Shown piece after piece: positions 9,761 through 20,056 of a stretch of 64,000 bases of DNA (its first letter is position 1; each line of letters starts with the position of its first letter). Source of the stretch: Puia sp. (GTDB lineage Bacteria; Bacteroidota; Bacteroidia; Chitinophagales; Chitinophagaceae). The position numbers and the translations under genes were made by a program. The stretch covers positions 2,376-66,375 of the forward strand of contig DASYZH010000353.1 of the NCBI GenBank assembly GCA_035946435.1, written 5' to 3'. The notes under the pieces are model-generated. The model had not been told where the DNA came from. It saw only the letters and a list, made by a program, of their open reading frames with translations, and did not search any database.

Positions 9761-12208
9761 CTATTGTGAACTAAGATGATATTCAACCCCCTCCTTCGCC
9801 TCCCATTCCAATGTCCATACCTTTCCTTCTTTCCTTACCTGCAGGCCCGGAGCATCGGACCAATTCACCACACGCAACGGTCCATCATTCCTGATGCGGC
9901 ATATCCCGTCGATCCGCGGCCGGATCACCGCATCCTCTACCTTGCCATCCCGCCACGTAGCATCCACTACGAACCCGCCCCGCGCAACCAGTCCTTTAAA
10001 ACTGCCATTCGACCAGGCAGCCGGTAACGCCGGCAACAGCGACACGATCCCACCCTGACTCTGCAACAACATCTCCGCGACACCCGCCGTCCCGCCAAAA
10101 TTTCCATCGATCTGGAAAGGCGGACACGCGTCGAGCATATTGGGATAACAGCCACCCGCAGATGCCGTATCATCCTCCCGGGTCAGCCGCATCAATGTCC
10201 GGTAAAGCCGGTAGCAGTGATCCCCATCCCGCAGCCGCGCCCAAAGACACACCCGCCATGCCATACCCCAACCCGTCGCCTCATCGCCCCGCAACTCGAG
10301 GGAACGCTTTGCCGCCGCGGCAAGCGACGGCGTCTTATCCAGCGAGATCTCATCCGCAGGATACAACGAATACAAATGCGAGACATGCCGGTGATGCGGG
10401 TCCGGCGAAGGATAGTCCTTGTACCATTCCTGCAACTGTCCCTGCGCACCTATCTTGTACGGATACAGCCTCCCCCGGGCAGCCTTGACCCGCGCAGCAA
10501 AGGCTGCGTCCTCGCCCAGGATCGAATCCGCCGCCAGGATATGATCGAACAGATCCCGCATGATGCCCATATCCATGGTCGTGGCGATCGACACATCGGC
10601 GATCTTGTCCTTCCCATAGATAAAATCATTCTCGGGCGACATCGAAGGCGCCGTCACCAAATGACCGTCTTTACCTGGAATCAACCAATCCAATGCAAAC
10701 ACCGCCGCCCCTTTCATGAGCGGATAAGCGGTATCCCGCAAAAAACGCTCGTCTCGCGTATACAAATAATGTTCCCAAAGATGACGCACCAGCCAGGTTC
10801 CCCCCATCGGCCAGTTGGCCCATTTGGGCTCCCCTTTGCCGAACCCACCCACCGGAGTCGCCAGACCCCAGATATCGCTGTTGTGATGCACCACCCATCC
10901 CTTCGCCCCATAGTATTCCTTCGCCGCCCGCTCACCGGTAACCGCCAGCACCGGGATCAATCCGAACAAAGGCCCGGTCATCTCGGACAAATTGCAGACC
11001 TCCGCCGGCCAGTAGTTCATCTCTACATTGATATTGGTCGTATAGTTGCTGCTCCACGGCGCTTGCAGCTCGGCATTCCAAAGCCCCTGAAGATTAGCCG
11101 GCACTCCGGGTGTCCGCGAACTACTCAAAAGCAGGTACCGGCCGTATTGGAAATACAGCGATTCCAACCCAGGATCATGACCACCCCGGGTATAGGCAGC
11201 CAACCGCTCATCCGTAGGCAATGTATCGGCATCCGAATGCCCCAGTTCCAAACTTACCCTGTCCATGTAATGATGCATGTCGTCCAGATGCGCCGTCCAT
11301 AAAGCAGCGGAAGGCTTCGCCATCGCCTGATTCAAATAATCCAGCGCCCGTTCCTGCGCAGCGCCGTCGGGACAACGCAACCCGCCATTAAACCCCGTCG
11401 CCATCGAAACATACAATTCCACATCGGAAGCCCCGCTCACCCCGATGCCGCTACTATCCGTCTTCACTACGCCATCCTGGCTCACCGCCTTCATCACCAG
11501 GGACCAGGGCATGCCGTGACAGCTATCCCCATCCGCATAGACCACCGGATCTTTGCTATCTACATAGTTCGGTTCTACATGTGCCGGCGCCTTTCCACCC
11601 ATCGACCAGACGCCGTTACCCAAATCACGCCGCAAATAATGCAGCAAACTCACCGCATCGATCTTCAGTTGCAACGTAGCACCCGACTCAGCCGCCCAAT
11701 GCACCACGATCACCTGGTCCGGCGCCGACGCATACACCTCCCGGATATAACTTTTACCACCGATGGTATATTGGGTCCGGGCAACACCATCCCGAATATT
11801 CAGTGAACGCTGATAATTACGCATGCTTTCTTCACCCTCCTGGTGTATTCGCAGATCTCCCAACGGCAGATAACTCTCCGACCACTTTCCCTGCATCTTC
11901 CGGGCAAGCTTTCCTGCTTCCACATAGTCTTCCGCAAACAACGCCTTACGCAAGGCCGGCAGATACTGGCTCGCTCCCGGATTGATATGCTCCGGCTCCG
12001 GCCCACCCGACCACAACGACGCCTCATTCAACGCAATCCGCTCCTTCGCAATTCCGCCAAAATCCACGGCCCCCAACCGGCCATTGCCCACCAACAAGGC
12101 CTCCGTCCATACCTTCGCCGGCTGCCTGTACCATAACCGGTAATCACCTTGTGCAAAAAGCCCGGTCGCCGCAAGGACCAGGCCGCCCGTCAATAAAAGA
12201 ATTTTCAT
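9761..12208 (-). CDS. Glycoside hydrolase family 95 (alpha-L-fucosidase-like)
   Basis: LLVGNGRLGA, YFQYGRYLL, NYTTNINVEMNYW, SPEN, HRHVSHL and PPFQIDGNFG. Confidence 0.93.
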   Translation of the reverse strand: MKILLLTGGLVLAATGLFAQGDYRLWYRQPAKVWTEALLVGNGRLGAVDFGGIAKERIALNEASLWSGGPEPEHINPGASQYLPALRKALFAEDYVEAGKLARKMQGKWSESYLPLGDLRIHQEGEESMRNYQRSLNIRDGVARTQYTIGGKSYIREVYASAPDQVIVVHWAAESGATLQLKIDAVSLLHYLRRDLGNGVWSMGGKAPAHVEPNYVDSKDPVVYADGDSCHGMPWSLVMKAVSQDGVVKTDSSGIGVSGASDVELYVSMATGFNGGLRCPDGAAQERALDYLNQAMAKPSAALWTAHLDDMHHYMDRVSLELGHSDADTLPTDERLAAYTRGGHDPGLESLYFQYGRYLLLSSSRTPGVPANLQGLWNAELQAPWSSNYTTNINVEMNYWPAEVCNLSEMTGPLFGLIPVLAVTGERAAKEYYGAKGWVVHHNSDIWGLATPVGGFGKGEPKWANWPMGGTWLVRHLWEHYLYTRDERFLRDTAYPLMKGAAVFALDWLIPGKDGHLVTAPSMSPENDFIYGKDKIADVSIATTMDMGIMRDLFDHILAADSILGEDAAFAARVKAARGRLYPYKIGAQGQLQEWYKDYPSPDPHHRHVSHLYSLYPADEISLDKTPSLAAAAKRSLELRGDEATGWGMAWRVCLWARLRDGDHCYRLYRTLMRLTREDDTASAGGCYPNMLDACPPFQIDGNFGGTAGVAEMLLQSQGGIVSLLPALPAAWSNGSFKGLVARGGFVVDATWRDGKVEDAVIRPRIDGICRIRNDGPLRVVNWSDAPGLQVRKEGKVWTLEWEAKEGVEYHLSSQ

Positions 12209-15200
12209 CGCTGCGCTTTTTCTTGTTCGTAAATCCTGCTGATCACATCGGCCGGCAAGGCTTCCTGATAGATCCTCGGCCGGTCCACCCGGCCTTCAAA
12301 TATCCGCTCGCCGGGAAATTCTTCATTACGCCCCAACATCCATGTATTGGCGCCACCAAATAAATGTACGACTTTCTCCAGCTTCGTTTCCCCGCACAGC
12401 TGCCCATCGATGTAAAGCCGCAAACCGGCCTCATCACATACCCCCGTGAGTAAATGCCAATGACGTAGCCAGTCCGCCGGCAGATCCACCGTACAATCAC
12501 CACGCCCCCATCCGCCGGCAAAAAAGGTCAGCGTCCGCCCTCCACCAATCTGCAGGACATGCGTATCTCCATTGGTAAAGATATCCACGAGGCCATTCTT
12601 CGATGCTTCCGGAAATACCCAAACGCACATCGTCAACCGCTCGCCAAGATCATCCAGCGACCGGCTTGGGCCAAGCCACAAATACCGGGGCCGCCCGGTC
12701 AAATGGAATATGTTCTCCCATCCACTCCTGTCAGCCATCACCGTATCTCCAACCCAAACCCCATCCAAAACCACCGCTTCCCCGGGTGACTCGTACACCC
12801 GAAACCGCTGCGACAACCGGCCAACTCTCCATTGATGCCAGCCCACTACCGAAGCCTTCCACACCCGCGACCGCTCCCGCTCCTCCCCCGGCTGCAACTT
12901 CACCGTATCTACCCCCACCACCATCGAATCCACCAACAACGGCACGCGATACTCCATGGCCTCCCATCCCGTATTCTTCAATTCATAGCGCACAACCATA
13001 CTATCACCCCGGCGCACTACCGCACGCAGTCCCAATCCCACCGCAATAGGCTCCGCCGGCGGCGACCCATCGGGTTTCACAATATCCACCCCCCTCTCGA
13101 CGTCCCCGATCCGTAGCGTGATCCGCCCCAGCGGATACACCCGAAACGCTAAAGAATCCCGAACCTCCGCACGCGCCGGCACTAACACATTTTTTGCAGT
13201 CAGCAGCTTCTCACCCGCGTACAAACATACCCGCATCACACCCGTATCGCCGCTATTCCGCAAGCTAAATCGAGCCACCCCCCACTCGCCCGACACCAGT
13301 TCCGGCCGCGAGACGGCAAACTCCGCAACCGCAATCCGTGAATCTGCCGGCCGCGAACCATCAGCCGCTGGCGCCATCTCAAAAACCAGCCGCCCACCCT
13401 GCGCGATCAACGCATGCGGCACTTCGATCTTCCGCCAGCGCTCACCATTAAAACGCACGGCAGAAACATACTTCCCCTCCCCGCCAAGGATCACCAGCCT
13501 CCGCCCATTAGCCAAATGCACCACGACACGCCGAAACACCGGAGCCCCTAACGCATAGACAGGATCACCAGGGCACACCGGATAAAACCCCAACGCACTA
13601 AAGACATACCAGCTGGACATGGCACCAAGGTCATCATTGCCCGGCAACCCACCCGGCTGATCGCTATAGCGTTCATCCATGATCTTCCGAAGCCAATATT
13701 GCGTAAGATCGGCACGTCCCGCATAAGAGAACATATAGGGAACATGCTCCACCGTCTCATTATCGAACACGATGCGTCCATCCCGTAAGGCGGAATCCAG
13801 CCGAGAAGAAAAATACGCCGGCCCACCCAGCCGGTCGATCAATCCGGGTATATCCTGCGGCGCAAAATAGGTATATACCCAGGCATCCCCTTCTTTATAA
13901 CCCGAATTACCCGGCCGCATCCTTACAGAATCCCCATCCCGCGGAAGCAACAACAAAGAAGGCACATCCAACAGCCGCCGATAAGCCGTCGCAAACGATA
14001 GCAGACGCCGGTACATCCCCGTATCACCCATCACCGTCCGCGCATATTGCGCCAGTGCCCAATCATCATAGGCGTACTCCACCGTTCTCGTCACCGACTC
14101 AGGATACGTAGACGGAATATACCCGCTATCCAGGAAAACGCGCATGTCCCGTTGCAGGAACGGCCCGGTCACCAAACTCTTCAGCAGGGCCGCATATACC
14201 TCGCCCCGATCACCTGGCCGAATCCCCTTGAGCCACGCATCCACCACGATCGGAATACTATGATTGCCGGTCATCGACTCCGTAGGAAGATACCCTCCGC
14301 GGCGATAGGCTGCCATCAACGACCGCAACACGCCTGCCTGTTTTTCCGGATACAATAAGGTCAGCAAAGGATGTAACGACCGATAGGTGTCCCAGGGTGA
14401 GAACCCGCCATACCGGCCGGTGGCATCGACTACCCATGGCAAAAGCAACGAATGATACAACGCCGTATAGAACACGGTCTTCCGCCGCGCATCATCATCG
14501 GCAACCTCCACGACGCCCAACGCCCGTTCCCAGGCCCTTCGCGCAGCCAATCGCGTCGCGTCGAAATCGATCCGGCTCCCAACCCATACATCCACCCTGG
14601 GTCCGTCAAACGAATAAACCGTCCCGCCATCCACCACCCGGCTCCCGGTAGCCGCTTCACTAAACCCCACACTTACCCCAGCCGTATCCCCCACAAAGAC
14701 GGCATGCCGCCCGGCCCCAAACGAGATCCGAAAGACGCCGCCATCCGGCGCTGCCGTCGCTTCAATCACCGTCCCATCGTCGGTTAACCGGACCCGATAA
14801 TACCCCGGCTCGGCCACCTCATCAGCATGCGAGAACGGCCTCGGGCGCAAGGCTAAGTCATCGGGCCGTCCTGCCGGACCGTCGGCGCTCGCAGCCATGA
14901 CGAACAACCGTCCCCCCGACCCGCCAGGATACCCACTGTGATGATCCTTGCAACTAAAAACAACAATCGAGCTGTCACCGTAGTCATAACCTCCCCGTCG
15001 CGTCTCCGGCGTGAGCTGCCAATAACCCGATACCGCTACCGCTCCGGGATACGTCCCACCTTCATCACCCCAACGAGTATAGACATCGCTCTTCGATGTC
15101 CCAATGAAAGGATCTACAAATCCATATTCCGGCGAAGGTGTCAAAACCGAAACCCGCCGCGATGCGCCTTCCTCCGCCTCCACCATCACCTGCCGCGCAT

Positions 15201-17886
15201 CCCGCCCGTCTTCCTCAAATATCGACAAGTCATTCTCCCCACGATGCAACCAGCACCCGGGGATATATAACCCATTCACCGGTATCTTCTCCGGATACCT
15301 ACCCAGATTATGCCCATTGACCCATATCGACCCATGACCAAGACCGGTAGGAATAACCCGCCATACCGGCCGAAACCCGCTATCCACCGGCACGACAAAA
15401 GAAGCCCGCCACCAGCACGGACCCGCCGTATCAAGCGCCGAAGAGCCGGCCGCTACCCCCGCCGCCGCCACACCTCCAGCCGCAAGCTCAGCCTGCCCCC
15501 CAGCCCCTCCACGCATCTTCCACCCACGAACGGCAACCGGGTCCACCCACGGCGAGAACCGCACCGGCTGATCGATCCCTCCCTCATTGGAATAATTCTC
15601 CACAAACACCGTGAGCACCACCGGCCGTGCCAACGTATCGATCCGGTCGATGAGGACATTAAAAGGCGCATTCCATCCGGCATGATAAGCCAGCCGTCGC
15701 CCATTCACATACACCGTCGCATTTTCATCGACACTGGCAAAACGCAATTCCGCCTGCCGCGCGCCCACCGGCAAAGCCGGTAACTCCACCCGAAACCACG
15801 CATGTCCCGGCTTCTTGTCAAAAGCATCATCACCTATCGTATAAGGCCTCCAGCCGGAAATTGAATCCTTACTGATCTTCCAGCCATTCAACACCGTCAC
15901 CGCCGGCGCCCCGCGAACCAGCAACGCCCGCCCATACAACCCCTTTCGAGCAACAGGATCCAGCGGCCCCAAATAGGCCGCCAAATCCTCCCGCCCGTCA
16001 TGCGCGGTAAATACCGCCAGTAAATGCCGGCCCCGCGTCAGATGCAAAGGGATCACGCCGTCTTTTATAGCCACCGGTCCCAATGGCACGCCATCCAGGA
16101 AGGCCCGCGCCCGGTCGGCGCCTTCTACCAGCAACGTATAATCGCCGCCACTGTCCACGGTCAACGGCGCCCGGTACCACGCATCCGCCGTTGTATCGCC
16201 ATCCGAGCCCATCTGCAAGGGCCATTCGCTACGCTTCCAACCGGAATCATCATAACCCGGCGCCGCCGGCGAAGCCGCCGGCACTCTCCTCCACCCGTGA
16301 ATAGCACCCTTCGTCTCCATCCGCTTAAAATCCCCCGAACCAACATACTTCAACACCTCATCCGCCGTAAACACAAGCGCATTCCCATCCCCCTCCCCCT
16401 CCGTCTCCATCCGCCCCGCGGCAAAAGTCCCCACATACGCAGGCCCGCAAATAATTTTATCATCGACCACCCAGGTTCGATCCGCCATCGTCCGATCCAT
16501 GACCAGCACACGCAACCCACCCACCCGGTATGTCCCCACCGAAGGCCCCACCGTCACCGACAGGTCGCCAGCAGAAAAATGCAACCGTCCATGCTCACCC
16601 ACTTCGCCGTACACGATCAACGTATTTCCAACGATCCCAAATATTCGCAGGGTATTGCCCTTCAAAGTCCCAAATCTCCGTACATACGGAAAGATCTCTC
16701 CGGGCATCAACTGCACTGTGTCCTTGTCGATAACCACATTTGTCGAAGCAGCCGAAGCATTATCCAAAAACACGATCTCCCCCTCCGGCCCCCGCCGCTC
16801 ATTCACCCGCACAGAATCACCCACGACCAGCCCCTGCACCGTATCACCCACACTATTCTCGAGCAGCGAAGCAAAGCTTCGCGCAAAATAGGCTGCCCGT
16901 TTGAACACATAATAGATCGGCCGCAAATCCCCGCCCTGCCCCACCGCAGCGCCATAGTCATAGGACGCGGCGTCACCGTCGCTATTCTTATAACCAAAAT
17001 TGCTCCCCCCATGCGCCATATAAATGTTGTAGCCATTCCCGCCACGCGCAATGATCTTCCAGGTCCGGCGCTCAAACAACGCCGCCTCGGCAGTACCCGA
17101 TCCATACCCGTTGTACCAAACACTCCAATACTCCGTAGTCATCCACGGATTCGGCCGCGAAACATCATCGAGGTTCAGTGAAGTACCTGCCGGATCACTA
17201 TCATGATGCAACCCGCTAAAAAAGTACGGGACCTCGATCCCATGCGCCAACGCGACGCTCCGCAACCATGTAAAATACGCATCGGGCATCGCCGTCCCCC
17301 AACCCGATGGATGCTCGTTCTCGAGCTGCACCAGGATCACGGCGCCACCATGATTGATCTGGTTCGCCGCCACAATGGGCAACAACTGGTCAATGAAACG
17401 CCCGACCGCCGATTCGAAAACAGCATTCGGCTCGCGCACCCGCAACCCCGGCTTAAACTTCAGCCACAACGGATACCCGCCGAGATCCCATTCCGCACAG
17501 TAATACGGCCCCACCCGCACAATGGCATACATGCCCATCGTCTTTACCAGCTGCAAAAACGCGCCCAGATCATGGTCACCCGTAAAATCGAAAACCCCTT
17601 CCAGGGGTTCGTGAAAATTCCAGAAGGTATAGATCTCGACACAATTGAAACCAGCTCGCTTCAACCGCAATAACCGGTCCGCCCACAACGCCCGCGGCAC
17701 CCGCGCATATTCGATCCCCCCGGAAACCAAAAAGGTCCGCTGCCCATGTATCAAAAAACCCCTCTTGTCAAAATCGATAAACGGCCGTGCAGAAGCCGCC
17801 GCCGGAAAGATGTGATCGTTAGGAGGCTGGGCAAGCGCCGTCGAAAAAACAAAAAGCAGAACACTATTGTAAAACCAATGTCGCAT
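12205..17886 (-). CDS. Multi-domain glycosidase: GH35 beta-galactosidase + beta-sandwich domains + GH92 alpha-mannosidase + Fn3-like + LamG domain
   Basis: The start was moved to ATG 17886 (signal peptide MRHWFYNSVLLFVFSTALAQ). GH35 motifs: RVGPYYCAEW, QLENEH, TTEYWSVW. GH92 motifs: VDPFIGT (~15100-15125), YKEGDAW, PGNDDLGAMSSWYVFSALGFYPVCPG. A C-terminal LamG-like WHLLTGV...LYIDG is present. Confidence 0.88.
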   Translation of the reverse strand: MRHWFYNSVLLFVFSTALAQPPNDHIFPAAASARPFIDFDKRGFLIHGQRTFLVSGGIEYARVPRALWADRLLRLKRAGFNCVEIYTFWNFHEPLEGVFDFTGDHDLGAFLQLVKTMGMYAIVRVGPYYCAEWDLGGYPLWLKFKPGLRVREPNAVFESAVGRFIDQLLPIVAANQINHGGAVILVQLENEHPSGWGTAMPDAYFTWLRSVALAHGIEVPYFFSGLHHDSDPAGTSLNLDDVSRPNPWMTTEYWSVWYNGYGSGTAEAALFERRTWKIIARGGNGYNIYMAHGGSNFGYKNSDGDAASYDYGAAVGQGGDLRPIYYVFKRAAYFARSFASLLENSVGDTVQGLVVGDSVRVNERRGPEGEIVFLDNASAASTNVVIDKDTVQLMPGEIFPYVRRFGTLKGNTLRIFGIVGNTLIVYGEVGEHGRLHFSAGDLSVTVGPSVGTYRVGGLRVLVMDRTMADRTWVVDDKIICGPAYVGTFAAGRMETEGEGDGNALVFTADEVLKYVGSGDFKRMETKGAIHGWRRVPAASPAAPGYDDSGWKRSEWPLQMGSDGDTTADAWYRAPLTVDSGGDYTLLVEGADRARAFLDGVPLGPVAIKDGVIPLHLTRGRHLLAVFTAHDGREDLAAYLGPLDPVARKGLYGRALLVRGAPAVTVLNGWKISKDSISGWRPYTIGDDAFDKKPGHAWFRVELPALPVGARQAELRFASVDENATVYVNGRRLAYHAGWNAPFNVLIDRIDTLARPVVLTVFVENYSNEGGIDQPVRFSPWVDPVAVRGWKMRGGAGGQAELAAGGVAAAGVAAGSSALDTAGPCWWRASFVVPVDSGFRPVWRVIPTGLGHGSIWVNGHNLGRYPEKIPVNGLYIPGCWLHRGENDLSIFEEDGRDARQVMVEAEEGASRRVSVLTPSPEYGFVDPFIGTSKSDVYTRWGDEGGTYPGAVAVSGYWQLTPETRRGGYDYGDSSIVVFSCKDHHSGYPGGSGGRLFVMAASADGPAGRPDDLALRPRPFSHADEVAEPGYYRVRLTDDGTVIEATAAPDGGVFRISFGAGRHAVFVGDTAGVSVGFSEAATGSRVVDGGTVYSFDGPRVDVWVGSRIDFDATRLAARRAWERALGVVEVADDDARRKTVFYTALYHSLLLPWVVDATGRYGGFSPWDTYRSLHPLLTLLYPEKQAGVLRSLMAAYRRGGYLPTESMTGNHSIPIVVDAWLKGIRPGDRGEVYAALLKSLVTGPFLQRDMRVFLDSGYIPSTYPESVTRTVEYAYDDWALAQYARTVMGDTGMYRRLLSFATAYRRLLDVPSLLLLPRDGDSVRMRPGNSGYKEGDAWVYTYFAPQDIPGLIDRLGGPAYFSSRLDSALRDGRIVFDNETVEHVPYMFSYAGRADLTQYWLRKIMDERYSDQPGGLPGNDDLGAMSSWYVFSALGFYPVCPGDPVYALGAPVFRRVVVHLANGRRLVILGGEGKYVSAVRFNGERWRKIEVPHALIAQGGRLVFEMAPAADGSRPADSRIAVAEFAVSRPELVSGEWGVARFSLRNSGDTGVMRVCLYAGEKLLTAKNVLVPARAEVRDSLAFRVYPLGRITLRIGDVERGVDIVKPDGSPPAEPIAVGLGLRAVVRRGDSMVVRYELKNTGWEAMEYRVPLLVDSMVVGVDTVKLQPGEERERSRVWKASVVGWHQWRVGRLSQRFRVYESPGEAVVLDGVWVGDTVMADRSGWENIFHLTGRPRYLWLGPSRSLDDLGERLTMCVWVFPEASKNGLVDIFTNGDTHVLQIGGGRTLTFFAGGWGRGDCTVDLPADWLRHWHLLTGVCDEAGLRLYIDGQLCGETKLEKVVHLFGGANTWMLGRNEEFPGERIFEGRVDRPRIYQEALPADVISRIYEQEKAQR

Positions 17887-20056
17887 ATTTCGCGTAGATC
17901 CGCCGCACCGCCGACAAAGCATCGCCCACCGGCTGCTCTGAATACCCACCACCCGTGCTATTCACCCATTTCCACTCCCAATCTTTGATGGCGGCATCAA
18001 AAACCGTCTCCTCCATGCGGTCGCCCCGCTCCATCTTCTGTCGCAAGAAAACAAAATATTGCTCCCACCGCGGCTTATAAAAATCCCTGATCAAGCCCGA
18101 CCACTGCCTGCACGCATACTCGTGTAACCCGCTTTCCTTATCGCCCCACAACGTGATCAGATCACGGGCATTCTTCTCGTACAGATCAGCTTCGGCAACC
18201 GTGGCCCCGCAACGCCGCGCCTCCCCGATCCACCGCCCCAGCAAAAACTCCCGCCGCGTGGCCAGCAACGCATCCATATCATCCATCAAGTCTAAAAACC
18301 GCGCGGTACAGCTATCAAAAGCAGCAAAGTCATGATCCAGATAGGCCAGCACCCACCGTTGTTGTAACGGCAGCGCATAATTGGCCAGCACCTGCCGGGT
18401 AATATCTACCAGGTCGTACTGAAATCCGTCCCCGGAGCCCAGCGAATCCGAAGCCCGCACCATCAAACCCCAGGCACGAGCCAACGCACGCGGCTCATAG
18501 TCCAGCTTCGTCCGCACCCGGTCCGCCCATACCTCGGTCGTCGGCCGGGCCACAATGATCGACTCCGGACCGCCTTCACCCAGACCACCGGCATAGACAG
18601 TGCTGGCCAGGATACGCCACGCCGCCAGCGCATCGGCATTGACCCGGCCATACCGGGCATCGACATACGCCGGCAACCAGCGAGGCAGCACGATCGCGCT
18701 ATCCCGCCACGTATTATCCAGCATCAGCTGGTACAAAGCCGGATTCTCTTCGATGCCCTCGGGGGCCAATCCAATACCGGACAACCTCCGCGAAGCCGTA
18801 TCATGCAACGCGAAAGCAGGCCCCGAAGCCACCGCCTCCATCCGCCCCCATAAAAAAGTATTGCCACCAAAATTGTTGAGCATATTCCAGATCCACGGCT
18901 TGCCAAAGTATGCGGCGGTCCGGTTCCACACCGGATGACTCTCGCTGTACAGATCCAGCAGGATCATGTGATCGTCCGGCACCGCTTCCAACAACGCCTT
19001 GATCTGCGCATTCCCCCAAAACGAAGCGGCATAATGGAACATCCACCCCTGCATCACCCACACCGCCCGCGGATCGGCCACCGCCATCGAAGCATACACT
19101 TTCTTGCTGATCGCGGAAAGATAACCCGGTTCATTCGAAGGCGGCTGATTTTCATTAAATGTATCTGCGGAATAAAAATGATCCGTCCCATACGCCGAAG
19201 TCTGCGCCTCTATAAATCGCCGGCCGATCACTTCAAAAAGGCTATCCTCGGGATCAAGAATATACACGTCATCAAAACCCGCACCCCAGTTGGTCCGCTT
19301 GACCTTAGCCCGGGGGAAATGTTGTGCAAAGCTGGGCGGCACATGCCCCGTAAAGGCGGCTAACACCGGCTTCATCCCCATCGCCCGCTCCGCAGCCAGA
19401 ATTTTCTTCTGCAATAGAAAATGCGTGTCCATCCAATGCTGCGGCAATGGCCCGCCCCAGCCATCCAGGTTGCCCATCCAAAACCAGGAGAAATACGCCG
19501 GTCCGCAAAAGAACCGCTGCAGCTCGGCGTCGGAAAAACCCAGGCCCCGGTATACCTTCTGCCATATGGCCTCTTCCCCGGTAATGGCCAGCGGCATATT
19601 GATGCCGTTCAATGTCATCCAGTCGATCTCCCGCTGCCAGCGGGCCCAATCCCACCACGCCATCGAATAATTGAACGTACAGTAGTTCAGATAATACCGG
19701 TATTGATACGGCGTGACCCGCCGCACCCGCGAACCCACCACCGGTAATACTGCCGGCAGCCGTAGGTCCACGCCATCCCAGGAAATAAAACTATGACACC
19801 AGGAACGCAGATATTCATTCAACGCCGATCCCACCGACAATCCATTACTGCCGCGCAATACCACCTTACCCCGCCGGCTCTCCAGCTCGTAGACATCTTT
19901 CCCGTTAACCGCCGGGATATACTCGACGACAAAGGCAGCCGCCCGATCGCCTACTACCCGCCGCACAAAAGCATCCGCCGCCACCTTATCCAGCTGCGAA
20001 AAACAAGTCCCGCCGCTGACCAGCAGCATCAGTAATAGCCCAACCCTGTTTCTCAA
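17864..20056 (-). CDS. Glycoside hydrolase family 89, alpha-N-acetylglucosaminidase
   Basis: YRYYLNYCTFNYS, WERE-like WQREIDWM, DTFNENQPP, PEGIEENP, NARDLITLWG and YACRQWSGL. Confidence 0.95.
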   Translation of the reverse strand: MRNRVGLLLMLLVSGGTCFSQLDKVAADAFVRRVVGDRAAAFVVEYIPAVNGKDVYELESRRGKVVLRGSNGLSVGSALNEYLRSWCHSFISWDGVDLRLPAVLPVVGSRVRRVTPYQYRYYLNYCTFNYSMAWWDWARWQREIDWMTLNGINMPLAITGEEAIWQKVYRGLGFSDAELQRFFCGPAYFSWFWMGNLDGWGGPLPQHWMDTHFLLQKKILAAERAMGMKPVLAAFTGHVPPSFAQHFPRAKVKRTNWGAGFDDVYILDPEDSLFEVIGRRFIEAQTSAYGTDHFYSADTFNENQPPSNEPGYLSAISKKVYASMAVADPRAVWVMQGWMFHYAASFWGNAQIKALLEAVPDDHMILLDLYSESHPVWNRTAAYFGKPWIWNMLNNFGGNTFLWGRMEAVASGPAFALHDTASRRLSGIGLAPEGIEENPALYQLMLDNTWRDSAIVLPRWLPAYVDARYGRVNADALAAWRILASTVYAGGLGEGGPESIIVARPTTEVWADRVRTKLDYEPRALARAWGLMVRASDSLGSGDGFQYDLVDITRQVLANYALPLQQRWVLAYLDHDFAAFDSCTARFLDLMDDMDALLATRREFLLGRWIGEARRCGATVAEADLYEKNARDLITLWGDKESGLHEYACRQWSGLIRDFYKPRWEQYFVFLRQKMERGDRMEETVFDAAIKDWEWKWVNSTGGGYSEQPVGDALSAVRRIYAKYATLVLQ

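Noticed and set aside
10217-11302. 361-aa + strand ORF
   Set aside because: It is an antisense shadow of GH95, with Arg/Pro/His-rich composition typical of off-frame GC-rich DNA and no motifs.
16024-17181. 385-aa + strand ORF
   Set aside because: It is an antisense shadow of the GH35-GH92 gene, with no recognisable domain.
17887-17952. N-terminal extension of the 1915-aa ORF
   Set aside because: It lies within the GH89 3' end. The signal peptide starts at 17886.
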